DNA of 63,515 nt, the filler included, from an uncultured virus (IMG/VR IMGVR_UViG_2049941000_000851) (Duplodnaviria; Heunggongvirae; Uroviricota; Caudoviricetes). It is 11 parts of one record of this genome, joined end to end, with 100 filler letters (N's around TTAATTAATTAA, not from the genome) between each part and the next. Parts side by side here need not be neighbours in the genome. Positions count along the whole stretch, not along the records: positions 7,025 to 26,556 come from IMGVR_UViG_2049941000_000851; 10 more parts are not named here. One strand, given 5' to 3'. The position numbers and the translations under genes are program-made. A model generated the notes under the pieces. That model was not told the DNA's origin. It was given only the letters and a program-made list of their open reading frames with translations, and did not search any database. Below, in pieces: positions 12,153-24,819 of this stretch (the stretch's first letter is position 1; the number at the start of each line of letters is the position of its first letter).

Positions 12153-12485
12153 GAAGCGGAAGTTGTCAGAACTGTTTTCGGGCTCTACAGAGTTGGAAAC
12201 AGCTTGGAAGCTATTCAGGGCTATTTATTCAACCAAGGGATTCCTTCTCCATCTGGAAAAACACAATGGAGCAGAGATGTGCTAAATAAGCTCTCAAACA
12301 ATGGAAAGTACACGAAAGGTATCATCGATTTTGATGAATACTGTGAAGTGTACTTTTTGAAAGGTGAAAACTGCCGGAATCCCAACCAAGCGAAAGTGGT
12401 GAAAACAGATGCCAAGAGCGACAAAAGAAGAACTGGAATGGGCATATGCGCTAACCAGAGAGAAGTTTTTAGTGCGTGTGAATAA
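12153..12485 (+). CDS. Small recombinase DNA-binding-domain-like protein (fragment)
   Basis: LFNQGIPSPSGKTQWSRDVLNKLSNNGKY. Confidence 0.5.
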   Translation, partial: EAEVVRTVFGLYRVGNSLEAIQGYLFNQGIPSPSGKTQWSRDVLNKLSNNGKYTKGIIDFDEYCEVYFLKGENCRNPNQAKVVKTDAKSDKRRTGMGICANQREVFSACE

Positions 12486-12579
12486 GCTGTCCCCAATCAG
12501 AGCAGCGGATTGGAATCGGTATTTGGACGTAATCTTTGAGTCAATTTTAAAAGACTAGGCGCCGATTTATGAGCCAAAG

Positions 12580-13032
12580 ATGAACGCCTATCTCGAAGAA
12601 ACGGTTGCCAAATATCTGCATCCGTCCGATGGCTATATTTCCTTGACCAAAATTGCNNNNNNNNNNNNNNNNNNNNNNNNNNNNNNNNNNNNNNNNNNNN
12701 NNNNNNNNNNNNNTCCAAGTTATTTAATTCAAAGCTGGTTGCGTAGTCGCAACACAGTTGAGTTCTTGGCAACATGGGAACGGAATAACAATCCGAAATT
12801 CAATGAAGCAGCGTTTCAAAGACTTGTGCTCGACGCCAAAACACCGCAGTTTACTCTGACACCCAAAAAGTGGATTGACCTAACAAATGCCACTGGCATT
12901 ACTTCAAAACAGGGCAAGAGCGGTGGTACAATGGCGCATCCTTTTATTGCCTGTGACTTTGAAATGTGGAATGATGCTGACTTCAGGTACGAGGTACTGA
13001 AGTGCTATACAACTGATAGTCATATTGAATAA
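12580..13032 (+). CDS. KilA-N domain protein
   Basis: YISLT, WLRSRNTVEFLATWE, TPKKWI, GKSGGTMAH. Confidence 0.85.
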   Translation: MNAYLEETVAKYLHPSDGYISLTKIXXXXXXXXXXXXXXXXXXXXPSYLIQSWLRSRNTVEFLATWERNNNPKFNEAAFQRLVLDAKTPQFTLTPKKWIDLTNATGITSKQGKSGGTMAHPFIACDFEMWNDADFRYEVLKCYTTDSHIE

Positions 13033-13045
13033 GTGAGGTTAAATC

Positions 13046-13675
13046 ATGGATTTTGTTGCACCAGATCATTTTATAGACCTTACAGATATAAAATCAGCAA
13101 AAATTGATTTTGAAAAAGAAGCGGATCAGTTACAGCAGATTCTCAATACGGCTACAAAGGAAAATGATATCCAACACTATATAAAACACAACAAAAAGTG
13201 GTTTATTCCCGCATCCTTGTTAAAAGACTACGATTTTGGGCATCATTCAGCGTATTTGGTTCCTGAACAGTCCTTGGGGGTAGAATACCGAGCCGATTAT
13301 ATGTTATTAGGACATAATTCCATTGGACATCAGATCGTCTTGGTTGAGTTTGAAGATGTTAATGTGGATTACACAATCAAATCTTCAAATAGCGAAACGT
13401 CAGCTGTCCGAAAAGGTTTGGCACAGATTCGTGATTGGAAACGGTGGATGGATGACAATAGAATGTATTTCCTAAGTAGCTGCGGACTGTCAGATATCGC
13501 AAATAGCATTCCATCTTGGGGGATTCATTATTGTTTGGTAGTTAGCCGACGCGCCAGAATGAATGAGATTTCCAACCAACTGCGCGGACAAATGCAACAT
13601 GAAACGCCGGAACTGCATATTGTTACATATGATAGATTGGTCGAAAATGTTCGTAAGCTCACAAACGGATTTTAA
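13046..13675 (+). CDS. Shedu SduA-like (DUF4263) nuclease
   Basis: E..LG.EYRADY, VLVEFED, GLAQIRDWKRW, SRR, IVTYDRL. Confidence 0.7.
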   Translation: MDFVAPDHFIDLTDIKSAKIDFEKEADQLQQILNTATKENDIQHYIKHNKKWFIPASLLKDYDFGHHSAYLVPEQSLGVEYRADYMLLGHNSIGHQIVLVEFEDVNVDYTIKSSNSETSAVRKGLAQIRDWKRWMDDNRMYFLSSCGLSDIANSIPSWGIHYCLVVSRRARMNEISNQLRGQMQHETPELHIVTYDRLVENVRKLTNGF

Positions 13676-13693
13676 TAAAAGTGAGGCTTTCTT

Positions 13694-14869
13694 ATGATTA
13701 GTGAGGATTCTATTACAAGAATATCACATCTATTCTGTGGGGATGAAGGTGGATATTACTCATACAAAACAGGCCCTAANNNNNNNNNNNNNNNNNNNNN
13801 NNNNNNNNNNNNNNNNNNNNNAGACAAAGCTGAACTGCATCCGGCAAATACTCCATATTATGTCTGAAGTACATAAAAGGGACATTATTCATAGAGATAT
13901 AAGTCCGAACAATGTTTTTATTATATCTGGAATGCTAAAAATTGCTGACTTTGGTCTTGGAAAGGATTTGCAAGTTTTTACGTCCCATCAAACTCTTCAC
14001 ACAAATTCCGTGGGGCAATACTATTATTGTGCTCCGGAACAGTTTATGATGCTTAAGGATGGAGATAAACGTAGTGATGTTTATTCTTTGGGGCGTTTGA
14101 TTAACTTTATCATGACAGGAGATGCCAGAGATTCGCATCATATTTACAGAAGTGTAGCGGAGAAGGCGACCAATTCTGACGCCGCCTATAGATATGCTGA
14201 TGCCAGTCAACTATCTTCATTCTTTGAAAAATCGGTTGAATTTCATGCCCAAGCGGAAAACAGAGAGCGGATTGAGCAAAAAATACGTAGCAGGATATAT
14301 GATGACGATGTAGAAAACTATATTTATGATATGAATCCAGAAAGAATCTCAAAAGCTCTTTTGAATAAACAGCCAGGGTTCGCTGATATGTTGATCTCTT
14401 TTATGCTTGAAAATGACGAGCAANNNNNNNNNNTTTCAATATCATTCTCAAAAAGGACTATCTGATTAGAGATCAAGGCATAACAGAAGTAGTTGCGGCT
14501 GAGTTATCAGAGAAAATAGTAGCAGAGATTAATAGGATTATTCAACAAGATCTTTGCAAGCTTACATTTGCCAGAGGACGCTTTCACTTAATGCGCGAAA
14601 GCGATGATCTTGTGTTCATTGGAAGCGGTGGATTTGCAAACGTATATCGGCAAAAATCCACTGGATTGGTGATAAAAAAGCTTAAAGATGATTTCCTCAC
14701 TGATGCGGGGGTCAGAAGTCGGTTTAAAAGAGAGTATAATATAACCAAATCTTTACAGGGGTCTGTTGGAATAATTCAGGTTTTCACCTTTGATGAAGGT
14801 AACTGTTCCTACAGTATGGAACCAGCGGAAACTACGTTGGAACGCTATGTACTTGACAACCAACTGAAT
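13694..14869 (+). CDS. Ser/Thr protein kinase, contigs out of order
   Basis: IGSGGFANVY, VIKK, HRDISPNN, KIADFGL, APEQ, SDVYSLG; N-terminus MISEDSITRISHLFCGDEGGYYSYKTGP at 13694. Confidence 0.85.
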
Positions 14870-14879
14870 NNNNNNNNNN

Positions 14880-15467
14880 GGAATGCACACATGGAAACGC
14901 TATGTGGACGCAAAACGAATGGAAATCTCCTGTGGAGAAGCCCCTTATTTGGTCAGTCGATATGATGCTACCACAGGCGAAATGATCCCAACTCAGGAAC
15001 GAATAGGTCTGCTGGACAGAAAGCTGCGCGTGGTCGGAGAAAACACACAAACCGAAGAGGACTGGATCAAATGGGGTATCCGTGCTGTCCAAAGCATTTA
15101 TGGATTCGAGTTTCAGGGAGACAGTCTGTTACTTGCCAGGGAGAATGTATTTTCTACTTTCATTGAATACTACTCAACCCGGTTCAACAGATTACCGGAT
15201 CAAAAGATTCTCCAACTGATCGCAAAGGTTATATCCTGGAATCTTTGGCAGATGGATGGGCTGAAATATGTAGTTCCCTTCAGCTGCAAGAATAAAGTGT
15301 GGGATGAACCAACTCTGATTGATGTCATTCATCATAACGAGCCTTGCCCGGGCTGTCATAACAATGATCCCACGAGCCATACCGGCATTTACTGCAAAAT
15401 CATGGACTGGCGCGATAAACAGAGTTTCCGCTACATAGATCTGGTGAAAGGGGAAAAGAAATCATGA
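14880..15467 (+). CDS. C-terminal half of an adenine-MTase-like subunit (N-half at 16679-17111)
   Basis: MEISCGEAPYLVSRYD, YGFEFQGDSLLLAREN, WNLWQMDG; this 728 bp contig fits the 791-N gap at 17112-17902. Confidence 0.75.
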   Translation, partial: GMHTWKRYVDAKRMEISCGEAPYLVSRYDATTGEMIPTQERIGLLDRKLRVVGENTQTEEDWIKWGIRAVQSIYGFEFQGDSLLLARENVFSTFIEYYSTRFNRLPDQKILQLIAKVISWNLWQMDGLKYVVPFSCKNKVWDEPTLIDVIHHNEPCPGCHNNDPTSHTGIYCKIMDWRDKQSFRYIDLVKGEKKS

Positions 15468-15926
15468 GCGCGTATGAATCTCCTGTATCGTACAAATTGA
15501 TCTATGTGTTCCGCGTTCCCTATGAAGATCATGCGGGACTTCTGAAAATCGGCGACGCGACGATCAAGACCTCCGCCAGCGCAGCGCAGCTCACACCGAA
15601 CTGCGACNNNNNNNNNNTATAGAACGTTCATTCCGTGACGTTTGCGGAAGATCCTTTGAGGCAAACGATCCTTTTGCCTCCTTTGCAGTTAGGGTGCTAA
15701 AGGGCAAGTTCTCATTTGTTGTCAAAGAAATAGCGGCAACGATTTTAAGGTATGTTGCATGGGATGTTAATAGGTTTTCTGCTCAGCATATGGTTGAAGA
15801 CCTGGTTTCATCAGGGATTGAACCGATGCTTGAAGATATTATTAAGAGTTAGTCTTTTGCTATGTCATACGATCAAGCTACTACACGATTCTTTATTGGT
15901 AGAACATACAGAAGGAGAAGGAAAAA

Positions 15927-16265
15927 TGGAATTAACACCCGAGGATAAAGCGCATCTGATCCACACAGGGTACGATGCTAATAAAGAGTATTTTCCGGAG
16001 AAGAGTTCATAAAACAGCTTGTGCAAGGAGATACCACTTTCATGGCCCGGGGTGTCGATATCATGGCCGGGGAGATCGTTTACAGGATGATTACACAAAA
16101 TCCGTCATGTTCACCCGGAACCGGTGCTTCGTTGACAATGCGGATATGCTGCTGGCGGCATACGATGGACAGACGGGTGGGACGCAGATGACCGTGAAGT
16201 ACGCAAAGCAGATGGGAAATTCAGGTGTGTACGATACCGCTGCTTCGGTGCTAAACTTGGAAGTG
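15927..16265 (+). pseudogene. SLOG/YspA (DUF1273-like) remnant
   Basis: RNRCFVDNADMLLAAYDGQTGGTQMTVKYA with the upstream frame broken by a stop. Confidence 0.5.
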
Positions 16266-16364
16266 GCCATGATGGGAAATCATTGTGGCTACTTGTTCTG
16301 TTTTTGATGGTGTTGATTGAACATACAACACGGAACTAATTTGGTTGAAAACGGACTTAAACAG

Positions 16365-16411
16365 TTGACTGCCTTTGGCTGATTTGGTATAATACAGAAT
16401 GTAGTATTATA
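16365..16411 (+). promoter_or_regulatory. Sigma-A promoter with overlapping palindromic operator
   Basis: TTGACT-17-TATAAT; TATAATAC-N8-GTATTATA inverted repeat at 16388-16411. Confidence 0.65.
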
Positions 16412-16448
16412 TCCGTGACTGATACACAAAGTTCATGGAGGGAAGCCA

Positions 16449-16676
16449 ATGGCAGTCAGTTATAGAAAGCTATGGCACTTGATGCTTGACAAGAAGGTCA
16501 ACAAAAGCGGCCTTGAAAAAATGGCAGGCATCTCACACCATGCAATGTTGAAAATGAACCGCGATGAAGATGTTTCTACCGAAGTGCTAACCAAAATTTG
16601 CAAAGCCTTAGATTGTGAGGTTCAGGACATTGTGGATTTTATCCCCGAAGATAATGAAGTAAAACCACAGCGGTAA
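16449..16676 (+). CDS. Cro/C1-type HTH regulator (controller-like)
   Basis: MAVSYRKLW...VLTKICKALDCEVQDI. Confidence 0.85.
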   Translation: MAVSYRKLWHLMLDKKVNKSGLEKMAGISHHAMLKMNRDEDVSTEVLTKICKALDCEVQDIVDFIPEDNEVKPQR

Positions 16677-16678
16677 AG

Positions 16679-17111
16679 ATGGATCATTCTATTTCTCCAG
16701 TGAAGGGATGTGAGAGAATGCTTGAGCAGTTTTTAGCGGATATCCTGGAAGATGATATCATGGAGTTAGAGCAGAACTTGCTCAGCATTCTTCTTTTTGA
16801 TCGTAGCGCCCGAAGGAACATTATCTGGGCAACGGATGATTACAGCGCCCTGGGCGAAAAATACCGGAAAGAAGCTGAAATACTGCCAGAACTGATTACT
16901 GGTGAGCACACCCTTCTTATCCGTCCAAGGACGGCGAAGGCGCTCGAAAACCAACAAAACCGTGTTCGCGACAAAGCCGAAGTTTTTACACCGCCCTGGA
17001 TTTGCAATGAGCAAAACAACCTGATCGATGAAGCCTGGTTTGGCAGAAGCAGTGCCTTCAACATTTCCGTGGGGCACTCGTGGCAAGCGATGACTGAACC
17101 GATTTCCTTCC
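16679..17111 (+). CDS. MTase-like subunit N-terminal half
   Basis: NIIWATDDY, RVRDKAEVFTPPWICNEQNN. Confidence 0.75.
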
Positions 17112-17902
17112 NNNNNNNNNNNNNNNNNNNNNNNNNNNNNNNNNNNNNNNNNNNNNNNNNNNNNNNNNNNNNNNNNNNNNNNNNNNNNNNNNNNNNNNNN
17201 NNNNNNNNNNNNNNNNNNNNNNNNNNNNNNNNNNNNNNNNNNNNNNNNNNNNNNNNNNNNNNNNNNNNNNNNNNNNNNNNNNNNNNNNNNNNNNNNNNNN
17301 NNNNNNNNNNNNNNNNNNNNNNNNNNNNNNNNNNNNNNNNNNNNNNNNNNNNNNNNNNNNNNNNNNNNNNNNNNNNNNNNNNNNNNNNNNNNNNNNNNNN
17401 NNNNNNNNNNNNNNNNNNNNNNNNNNNNNNNNNNNNNNNNNNNNNNNNNNNNNNNNNNNNNNNNNNNNNNNNNNNNNNNNNNNNNNNNNNNNNNNNNNNN
17501 NNNNNNNNNNNNNNNNNNNNNNNNNNNNNNNNNNNNNNNNNNNNNNNNNNNNNNNNNNNNNNNNNNNNNNNNNNNNNNNNNNNNNNNNNNNNNNNNNNNN
17601 NNNNNNNNNNNNNNNNNNNNNNNNNNNNNNNNNNNNNNNNNNNNNNNNNNNNNNNNNNNNNNNNNNNNNNNNNNNNNNNNNNNNNNNNNNNNNNNNNNNN
17701 NNNNNNNNNNNNNNNNNNNNNNNNNNNNNNNNNNNNNNNNNNNNNNNNNNNNNNNNNNNNNNNNNNNNNNNNNNNNNNNNNNNNNNNNNNNNNNNNNNNN
17801 NNNNNNNNNNNNNNNNNNNNNNNNNNNNNNNNNNNNNNNNNNNNNNNNNNNNNNNNNNNNNNNNNNNNNNNNNNNNNNNNNNNNNNNNNNNNNNNNNNNN
17901 NN

Positions 17903-20900
17903 GATATCCCACGCGAAAGTTCTTTGATACCGGAAGACCCAGCGAATGGTATCCTGTTGCGCTTCAAACCGCGATGAACGCAATCCGTGCCGTCAAAGAA
18001 GGCAGGAATGTATTGACGGAAGCGGAAAAGACCGAGGCGGAGAAAACGGATACCACCACGCCGAACCTCATTGATAAACCAGCAATTGTCCTGCGTGAAG
18101 AACAGGAGGACGCGGTCAGCAGAACGCAGAGCACCTTCAAGAAGAAGGACACAATGCTCTGGGACTGCAAGATGCGCTTCGGCAAGACCATCTCCGCCTG
18201 CTCTCTCGCTAAGGCATGCGGCTTCCAGAAAACTATCGTCGTGACACACCGCCCCGTTGTTGCTGATGGCTGGGCGAAAGACTATCATCTTGTGTTCGGT
18301 GACAGCGATGATCACGTTTTCCAGACCAAAATAAAAGGCGGTCAGGAAGTAGATTTTGACGCACATATTGACGCGGAGAACGCCCATGCCCTCCGCAATC
18401 TTGCCGCGTCCGGGAAACACTTCATGTACTTTGCGTCTATGCAGGACCTGCGTGAATCTGCCAGAGTAAAGCCCGGCGGCTACAAGAAGAATGATGTTGT
18501 CTTTGACATGGACTGGGATTTCATCATTTACGATGAAGCCCATGAAGGGACACAGACCGAACTCGGCCAGAAGGTGCAGGAATTACTGGAAGCTCCAAAG
18601 GGTGGCAAGACGCCCAAAGTGCTGTCCCTCTCCGGCACACCTTATAATATTCTCAGCAAATACGATGACAACGTCTACTCCTGGGACTATGTCATGGAAC
18701 AGCGTCGTAAACGCGAGTGGGACGAGAAATATCCCGGTGTGCCCAATCCGTATGCTGATCTGCCAGAGCTGCGCATTTTGACATTTGACCTGCGGGAAAG
18801 CATGCCGGAATCCTATCGCTATGAGACAGAGGATATGGCGTTTAACTTCAGGGAGTTTTTCCGTACCTGGACGGGCGACCCAAAGCAGGACTTCAGGCCG
18901 TTGCCCACAGGAGCAAAGATCGGCGACTTTGTGCACGAGGAAGATGTGAAGTCTTTTCTTAACCTGATCACGACAGACAGCGAGGGCAGTCTCTATCCCT
19001 TCTCCACCCACGAATACCGGGAGATGTTCAAGCACACCTTCTGGATGGTGCCGGGCGTGAAGGCCGCCGCCGCCCTGGCTGATTTGCTGCGCCATCACCC
19101 GGTGTTCGAGCACTACAAGGTAGCCAACGTCGCCGGGGACGGGGACGAGGAGAAAGCCTATGACGACGCGCTGAAGGAAGTCCGTGCCGCCATCCAGGAG
19201 AATCCCTATACCATTACCATTTCCTGTGGCAGGTTGACCACAGGCGTGACCGTGCCCGAGTGGACGGCGGTTATGATGCTGACTGGATCCGCTAACACTG
19301 CCGCCGCCGGATATATGCAGACCATCTTCCGCGTGCAATCCGCCGGATGCGTGGACGGCAAACAAAAGGAGATATGCTACGCTTTCGACTTTGCTCCAGA
19401 TCGCGCCATCAAGGTGCTTTCCGAAGTTCATGCGATTGGGAAAAAAAGCAAGAGCGGCGACAGTGAAGGTTACATTGCGCTAGGTGAATTCCTGAATTTC
19501 TGCCCTGTTTTGGCTGTGGACGGGACCGGCATGCATGAGTACGATGTACCGAAACTCATGCGGCAGATCAAGCGGCTGACAGTGGACAAGGCCATCAAGA
19601 GCGGCTTTGACGATGAATCCGTGTACAAGAGCGATACCGGCATCGTGATGGATGAACGGGATGTAGAGCTGTTCCACAAACTCGGCTCCATTCTCACCGG
19701 GCAGAAACAAGCTAAGACGCCGAAGAAGGTCAAGATAAACGATCAGGGCCTGACCGGCGAAGAGTACGACAAGGTCGAAAAAGCGAAGAACAAGCCCAAG
19801 CGGCAGCGCACCAAGGAAGAGGAAGCGCTGCTGGAAAAGGAACGGGAGCAGCGCAAGGAGCGGGAAAAGGTGATTCAGCTCCTCCGCAACATCTCAATTC
19901 GTCTGCCCTTGCTCATTTACGGCGCGGGTGTGGACTTAACGGAATCTATCCACATGAAGGACTTTATCACCTTGGTGGATGATGAATCCTGGGAGGAATT
20001 CATGCCCAAGGATGTGACAAAGGATCTGTTCCGCCAGCTGCTCAAATACTACGACGAGGACGTCATTGTCGGCGCGGGAATGCGCATCCGCCGCATGGCG
20101 AGGGCTGCTGACGAAATGCCACCGACGCAGCGTGTGCTTCGTATCGCCGAGATCTTCAGCCTGTTCCGCAATCCCGACAAGGAAACGGTGCTCACGCCCT
20201 GGCGGGTGGTCAATATGCACCTTTCCGACATGCTGGGCGGCTTCTGCTTCTATGACGAAACCTTTGTTCATCCGGATGGTTTGCTGGATGAACCGCGCCT
20301 GGTGGATCGGGGCGAGCCCAGCGANNNNNNNNNNGAACCCGGACGCGAAAATCCTCGAAATGAATTCCAAGAGTGGACTTTATCCGCTTTATATGGCATT
20401 TAGTATCTACGCCATGCGCCTGACCGGCAGCGAGGACACCGTTCAGCTGGAGGAAACTCAGCGGCTTTGGCAGGAGACCGTAGAGCAGAATATCTACGTG
20501 CTGTGCAAGACCAAGATGGCGCGCCAAATCACCATCCGCACGCTGGCTGGCTATCAGGGCTGGCCGGTCAATGCTATCTATTTGACGAAACTGATGGAAC
20601 GCATGCAGGATATGCCAAGACTTTCCAGAAAGCTGCGCAACCCAGAGACATGGGGAAAAGAAGGTGAGAAGATGAAGTTTGACGCTGTTGTAGGTAATCC
20701 TCCCTATCAGGAAATGGATGGTGGATCAAAAGCCAGCGCTGTACCTATGTATCACCATTTTATACGTCAAGCTAAAGATGTTGAGCCGCGCTATTTATCT
20801 ATGATTGTTCCCGCAAAATGGTATTCTGGCGGGCGTGGGCTGGATTCCTTCAGAGAAGAGATGATGAAAGACCATCGTTTCGCTAAAGTCGTGGATTATT

Positions 20901-21423
20901 CAAATTCCCAGGCATTATTTCCTACAGTTGATATTGCTGGTGGATTATGTTATTTCCTTTGGGACAGCGCGTATAATGGNNNNNNNNNNTGGAAGGAGCA
21001 CCAGAATCCCTAAGGTATTTGGATGAGCATGAGATTTTGATACGCAATAACGCAGCTATCTCCATTATTGAGAAGGTGAAGAGCCATTCCAATGAGTTTT
21101 TAAGCTCGTTAGTAAGTAAACAGCGCCCGTTTGGTTTGCGAACATATGTCCAGCCAGACGAAACAGGAGATCTTTATCTCCGTTGGAGCGGAGGCATTGG
21201 CCCTATATCTTCTCAAAAGGTATCGNNNNNNNNNNNNNNNNNNNNNNNNNNNNNNNNNNNNNNNNNNNNNNNNNNNNNNNNNNNNNNNNNNNNNNNNTCT
21301 TTTGCATTTGTACCGCTGCTTGATTTCACGAAGCAATGGACAGACGCAGAATTATACAAAGCATTTGATTTGAGCGAGAATGAGATTGCACTTATCGAAG
21401 GGTTAATCAAGCCGATAGAGTAA
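17903..21423 (+). CDS. Fused nuclease-SF2 helicase-N6 MTase-TRD restriction enzyme (Eco57I-domain type); N-terminus at 15464-15607
   Basis: LIYVF...LLKIG...EWY (GIY-YIG/T5orf172-like), KMRFGKT, DEAH, NPDKETVLTPW, GNPPYQ. Confidence 0.85.
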
Positions 21424-21454
21424 GATTCTATACTCACAGAAGGAGCACATCACC

Positions 21455-22409
21455 ATGGTGCAACTTGGCAAAAGCATCGATCTCTACCTGATGGACGGCA
21501 CTGCTGCCGGCCGTTGGCAGGCTACGCTCTCCAACTGGAATTGCAACGCCTATAAGATCCCCCGTGCAGATCTGAAGCATTGTGACGATCTGCCGGAGCT
21601 TCATGCACCGGGTGTGTATTTCCTCTTTGGCCGGGACGATGAGAGCGGACAGCCTTTTGTGTATGTCGGCGAAGGCGATGACACGCTGAAGCGTATCCTC
21701 CAGCCCCATACCTTTGAAAAGGACGGCAGCTACTGGACGGAGGTCGTGATTCTGGTTACGCCAGATGGCTCTTTGGATAAGGCAAAGATTAAATACCTGG
21801 AGAATCGCTTTCATCATATCGTCGTAGAGACCAATCGATATCTGATCAAGAACGGAAACACCCCTCCGCAGTCCCCTGTTCAGAAGAAGATACGGGACAT
21901 GCTGGAAGAGTTCATCATGAACACGCAGCTGATCATACCCGCGCTGGGGCACAAGGTGTTTGAGCCGCATCCTTCCGACGAGCATGAAGAAGCGGACGAG
22001 CTGCTGTACTTTACCCGCAACCAGGGCAAGGGCGGACGCGCCACCGGAAAGATCGCCGATGACGGTTTCTGGGTCCTGAAGGGAAGCTACATCTGCCCGG
22101 ATATGGCGGACTATCTCCCCACCGGTATCGTCAAAGCGAGGCAGCAATACGCGGATCAGATCGATCATCAGGGCATCCTGCTGCGGGATGTGTCTTTCGG
22201 CAGTCCCTCCTACGCAGCCTCGTTTGTGTGCGGCAAAAACGCCAACGGGNNNNNNNNNNCAGAACGGAGTGTTTACTGCGGATGTAACCTTCTCAAGCGC
22301 GTCAGCCGCAGCCGCGACCATCCTTGGCGGCGAGACAAACGGTCTGCTTGCGTGGAAAAGCGAGGATGGGATACCGCTGAAGCAGCTGTTGGCTGCGCAT
22401 AATCAGTAA
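21455..22409 (+). CDS. GIY-YIG nuclease with DUF4357 repeats
   Basis: PGVYFLFG...VYVGE; FGSPSYAASFVCGKNANG; FSSASAAAATILGGETNG. Confidence 0.85.
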
Positions 22410-22430
22410 TGGAGTAAAGGAGCTTGCGCA

Positions 22431-24747
22431 ATGGGCATCTATGAGAAAATTAAGACTGATATAGCCCAGCCGTACTATGTCGAGAACTTTCCAAATGAAG
22501 GACAGCGGTTTATCGCCTGGTACCTGCGGAACATTCACAATCTCGATACATATGAGGCGAAAGACTGCATCACAGATGGCCCGGGCGACAAGCAGATAGA
22601 TGCTGTATATATTGATGACCAGACGGAAACCATCTATATCATCCAGGGAAAATACTACAGCAGCGTTTCTGTTAACGCGACACCGCTGCGAGAAGTGCTG
22701 TCTTCGTGGACACAGATTCAGGACTTACAACATCTGCAGGAATCCGCCAATGACCATCTCCGGGCAAAAATTGCTGATATTGCTGATGCGCTTGCTGAGG
22801 GATACGAAGTTTCTTTTGAACTGATTACAACATCCACACTGACGGAAAGTGCCTCGCAGGATCTTGATCTGTTCCAGCGGACACTGTCATCTAATGAAGC
22901 GCTGAACGCAAACATGGTGGTCATCGATGAAGAAACATTACAAGTTCGGTACGATGAAGCGCTGAACAAAAACAGACCGTATATCAACCATGAGTTTTCT
23001 GTCGATCCAGCGCAGTGCCTGCAAATGACACTTGCAGGAACGAAGGTTATAATAGAGGCAATTCCGCTGAAAGAATGTGTCCGGATTCCCGGAATCAAGG
23101 ACGGTACACTGTTCCGGAAAAACGTGCGTCAGTCACTCGGCTCTACCAATAAGGTGAATAAGGGAATCGCGCGCACCATTCGGAAGAATGCGGATGAGTT
23201 CTTCTTTCTGCACAACGGCATCACCGCGATCTGCTCCTCCATGACATTGCATGGAAACATCCTCAGCGTGAAAGAACTGAACATTGTCAACGGTTGTCAG
23301 TCCCTCAGCACGATTTACAGTTGCAGCGAGGCGGCAAAGGCTGCCGGTGATGCCTTTATCATGTTTCGGTTTTACGAAATCAGCGATACCGAACGCGCCG
23401 ATGAAATCAGCACCTCCACAAACTCGCAGAGCGCCGTTAAAGCACGGGATCTCCGCAGCAACGATAAATTCGTTCTTGCTATGAAGAAAGCCTACGAGCG
23501 AGTTTTTCCGTACCTNNNNNNNNNNNNNNNNNNNNNNNNNNNNNNNNNNNNNNNNNNNNNNNNNNNNNNNNNNNNNNNNNNNNNNNNNNNNNNNNNNNNN
23601 NNNNNNNNNNNNNNNNNNNNNNNNNNNNNNNNNNNNNNNNNNNNNNNNNNNNNNNNNNNNNNNNNNNNNNNNNNNNNNNNNNNNNNNNNNNNNNNNNNNN
23701 NNNNNNNNNNNNNNNNNNNNNNNNNNNNNNNNNNNNNNNNNNNNNNNNNNNNNNNNNNNNNNNNNNNNNNNNNNNNNNNNNNNNNNNNNNNNNNNNNNNN
23801 NNNNNNNNNNNNNNNNNNNNNNNNNNNNNNNNNNNNNNNNNNNNNNNNNNNNNNNNNNNNNNNNNNNNNNNNNNNNNNNNNNNNNNNACGTCTCTCGGAA
23901 AATGGCTGATTTCCTGGCATTCACAGAGACCGACGATGGCTTACAGCGAAAATCGTGTGTTTGACGTGTACTTCAATCAGCTATTCCAGCGCGATTATGC
24001 GCCGGAGGATATCCAGGCGCTCAACGAGATTTATAAAGCGGTAGTGCCCTGCTGGGACAGCAACAACACGCATGGAATCAATGAAGCGCTGCTGGCGATA
24101 AAGGCCTATGGCACCTTCCACCAGNNNNNNNNNNGGTCGAGCACGGGTGAAGAAATAATGGTTACACCAGCCAACATTGTTGGTTATAATGATCATGCGG
24201 AAATACTTGAAGCAAGAAAGAAAATTATTACACAAAGGCTGTCAAAACTCAGCAGGCAACTCGAAGTGAAAAAGAAGGCTCAAATACTTGAAGATGAGCA
24301 ATTGTCCTTTTTCACAGCACCAAGTATGTTGGAAATTGCCAGCCAAAATATTGCAAGACTTCCACTCGATGCAATCGCTATTNNNNNNNNNNAATATCTG
24401 TTTTATTCTGCGAAATTAACAAGATGCAGGAACTGGTGCCTCGTCCATCCGTGGTTGTTGAAAAGCTGAATCAAAGCGGGCTGATGGACACCGTTGTTGA
24501 CCTGTCGATCCAATGCCTGAATATTGCGTTTGACACAGCATACGAAAACGCAACCGCAGACGGAAAAGTATTTTCCGCGCAGAACTGGAGCAAGTCAAAG
24601 ACGTCGTTGAAGGATATTCGCGGGCAAATCAAGCAGTATTTGTCATCATTGCGTCTGATGCCCGGTGGAAAGGATGTTCTTGATCAGCTGACCAAAGGTC
24701 TGCAAATGCCTAAGGAGGCATTCGAGAGTCGCTGGAGTGCGGATTGA
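22431..24747 (+). CDS. AIPR family protein (gapped)
   Basis: DGPGDKQIDA, IIQGKY, NVRQSLG, FFFLHNGITAIC, IVNGCQS, TNSQSAV. Confidence 0.88.
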
Positions 24748-24819
24748 GTTATCACAATCATATCAGTGAAAGATAACTGGAAAATATCACAGAATGTTTT
24801 TAGAAAGAAGGTGTGGGCA

